Virus record (IMG/VR): IMGVR_UViG_3300008255_000066
Coordinates: 1-38,013 of that record
From: a virus
Lineage: Duplodnaviria > Caudoviricetes
Direction: 5' to 3' (one strand)
DNA: 38,013 bases
The first letter of the stretch is position 1; every line of letters starts with the position of its first letter. Below the pieces are notes generated by a model. It had not been told where the DNA came from. It made no database searches and saw nothing but the letters and a program-made list of their open reading frames with translations. The position numbers were made by a program, and so were the translations under genes. Below are positions 36,633-38,013 of the stretch, in pieces.

Positions 36633-37330
36633 GCCGGTTTCCTCCATGTGGCGGTGACAACTGCTTCTGGCGTTCCCGGATCGGTCCGCATGTAGAGCAG
36701 CTCTAACCCCAGCGCTGCACCCCAGTTTGACAGTGTGATGGTGGACAGGCCCCACCAGTGGTCCGGGTTCCAGCGGTCCGAACCGTCCGGGACCACGATC
36801 AGCAGCCAGTTGCCGGGCGCGACCAGCGCCACCATGCGCTCGAAAGCCGCGTCCGCCGCGTGGAAGTGCTCGAGGGCATGCACCGCCACCACGGCGCCAC
36901 GCGCCTCGTCCAGGTGCGCGGTCTCCAGTGTCCGGCACACGACCGGCACGCCGTACGCCTGGCGGATGTACCGCGCCGCCCACCGGTCCGGCTCGACCGC
37001 CGCGTACTGGCACCCGGCCCGCAGGAACAGAGGGACCAGCCGCCCGACACCGGCCCCGATTTCCAGAACGTGCGCCGCCGGCTCGATGCGGGTCAAGGCC
37101 CGCAGCGCCTCGATGTGTACCGGACGGTTGCGCGGCGTGATGCCGTCCTCGTGCCACATTGCCATCCCGGGAGTGCGGTAGTAGTCCGCCCCGCCACGGT
37201 CGCCGGCCGCACGGTGCGCGTAGCACCGCTGCAGCTTTTGCCACGCCCCGCACCGCGCGCAGTGCTGGAATTCGCATCCACACCCGCGTTCGTTCGGATC
37301 CTCAACCCACTGGTGAGAACAGGCCGTCAT
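36629..37330 (-). CDS. Class I SAM-dependent methyltransferase with Cys-rich N-terminus
   Basis: VLEIGAGVG, AVEPD, HALEHF and PG..L..VP motifs. N-terminal CSHQW..CGC...CARCG. AAGGA RBS before ATG 37330. Confidence 0.85.
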   Translation of the reverse strand: MTACSHQWVEDPNERGCGCEFQHCARCGAWQKLQRCYAHRAAGDRGGADYYRTPGMAMWHEDGITPRNRPVHIEALRALTRIEPAAHVLEIGAGVGRLVPLFLRAGCQYAAVEPDRWAARYIRQAYGVPVVCRTLETAHLDEARGAVVAVHALEHFHAADAAFERMVALVAPGNWLLIVVPDGSDRWNPDHWWGLSTITLSNWGAALGLELLYMRTDPGTPEAVVTATWRKPA

Positions 37331-37347
37331 GGGGTGTTCCTTCCCGT

Positions 37348-37770
37348 CTATGGCCAGCTTGGCGGCTGGATCCCACTGGCTTGCCCCGTGTTGATTGTGT
37401 TGACGAACTCTTCGTAGGACCAGCACACCGCCACGTGCCAGCCATTCCGCTCCAGGGCCTCAAGCCGCCGCGCCTGCGCGTCGGTCAGCCGGCCGCCGGG
37501 AACCTTGAGTTCGACGGCCCACGGCACACCGCGCACCGCGAAGACCAGGTCCGGCCACCCGATCTTCTCCCGGGCGCGCGGCGACAGGTGCAGGTACTCG
37601 ATGCCGATCCGCCGCAGGTAGCTCTCGCAGTCCCGCTGCAGGGCGCGTTCGCGCCGCGCCACGCTGGCGGCCTTGCGCTCCGCGGCGGTGCACACTCCGC
37701 ACGCCTTGCGGTCCGCGTCGCTCATCAGTCCCACCCAGCGCTCGGGCACCACTGGCAGTCGCATGGCCAT
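37348..37770 (-). CDS. VRR-NUC domain nuclease (PD-(D/E)xK)
   Basis: E..LQ..C, GWPDL, VELKVPGGRLTDAQ motifs. AAGGAG 10 nt before ATG 37770. Confidence 0.85.
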   Translation of the reverse strand: MAMRLPVVPERWVGLMSDADRKACGVCTAAERKAASVARRERALQRDCESYLRRIGIEYLHLSPRAREKIGWPDLVFAVRGVPWAVELKVPGGRLTDAQARRLEALERNGWHVAVCWSYEEFVNTINTGQASGIQPPSWP

Positions 37771-37790
37771 GCGGTACAGGCTCCTTTCCA

Positions 37791-37868
37791 ATCCGCCGCA
37801 GGTAGCTCTCGCAGTCCCGCTGCAGGGCGCGTTCGCGCCGCGCCACGCTGGCGGCCTTGCGCTCCGCG
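37791..37868. repeat. 78-bp exact duplicate of VRR-NUC gene segment 37607..37684
   Basis: Direct comparison. The last 26 bp recur at 37961..37986 (= 41..66). Confidence 0.95.
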
Positions 37869-37960
37869 CAGGAGGCCATTCAGCTTACACTATGGGCCAT
37901 AGTGTAAGCTGAATACCGTTAGCGTTTCCGCCATCGGCGGTAACGCTGAGAGTACTTCTT
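37869..37960. repeat. 92-bp double-palindrome unit, copy 1
   Basis: 37-bp palindrome 37878..37914 (centre G) plus hairpin 37921..37947. Part of a 118-bp tandem duplication across the circular junction. Confidence 0.9.
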
Positions 37961-38013
37961 CCACGCTGGCGGCCTTGCGCTCCGCGCAGGAGGCCATTCA
38001 GCTTACACTATGG
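37921..38013. repeat. Terminal direct repeat, right copy
   Basis: Identical to 1..93. The contig ends exactly at the palindrome centre. Confidence 0.95.

Noticed and set aside
37460-37879. 139-aa ORF starting in the repeat unit
   Set aside because: Chimeric product of the duplication. It shifts out of the nuclease frame after the 78-bp copy.
37791-38013. CRISPR-like repeat/spacer array at the junction
   Set aside because: Only two 92-bp units. The intervening pieces are nested copies of the adjacent gene ending at the same base, so this is a 118-bp tandem duplication. No cas genes.

Overview
Apparently complete, GC-rich temperate podophage genome of about 37.9 kb. It is circular by a 93-bp terminal overlap (1..93 = 37921..38013), and almost all genes are on the minus strand. 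The divergent immunity region has an XRE repressor facing an RHH/Cro-like gene. A tyrosine integrase is preceded by an intact attP whose core reads as the 3' end of tmRNA (ssrA). The early operon carries DUF2303 and a YdaU/DUF1376-like initiator with an internal iteron origin. Next come a VRR-NUC nuclease, a SAM methyltransferase and a 993-aa radical SAM/double glycosyltransferase fusion directly upstream of TerS/TerL. The virion module is T7/BPP-1-like: portal, Bbp19-like protein, scaffold, capsid, tail tubular A/B and three ejection proteins, one of 2350 aa. It is followed by tail fibres (two with Mtd_N-like N-termini) and an atypical lysis cassette. No DNA/RNA polymerase, reverse transcriptase, tRNA or CRISPR array was seen. 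Most notable: (1) the MTase plus radical SAM-GT-GT cassette; (2) several candidate cis-acting RNAs, namely an anti-SD switch on the initiator, three pentaloop hairpins just upstream of early start codons, and portal and capsid leaders; (3) a duplicated 92-bp double-palindrome unit at the contig junction, which may be an assembly artefact. All family calls come from motif recognition by eye, not database searches.
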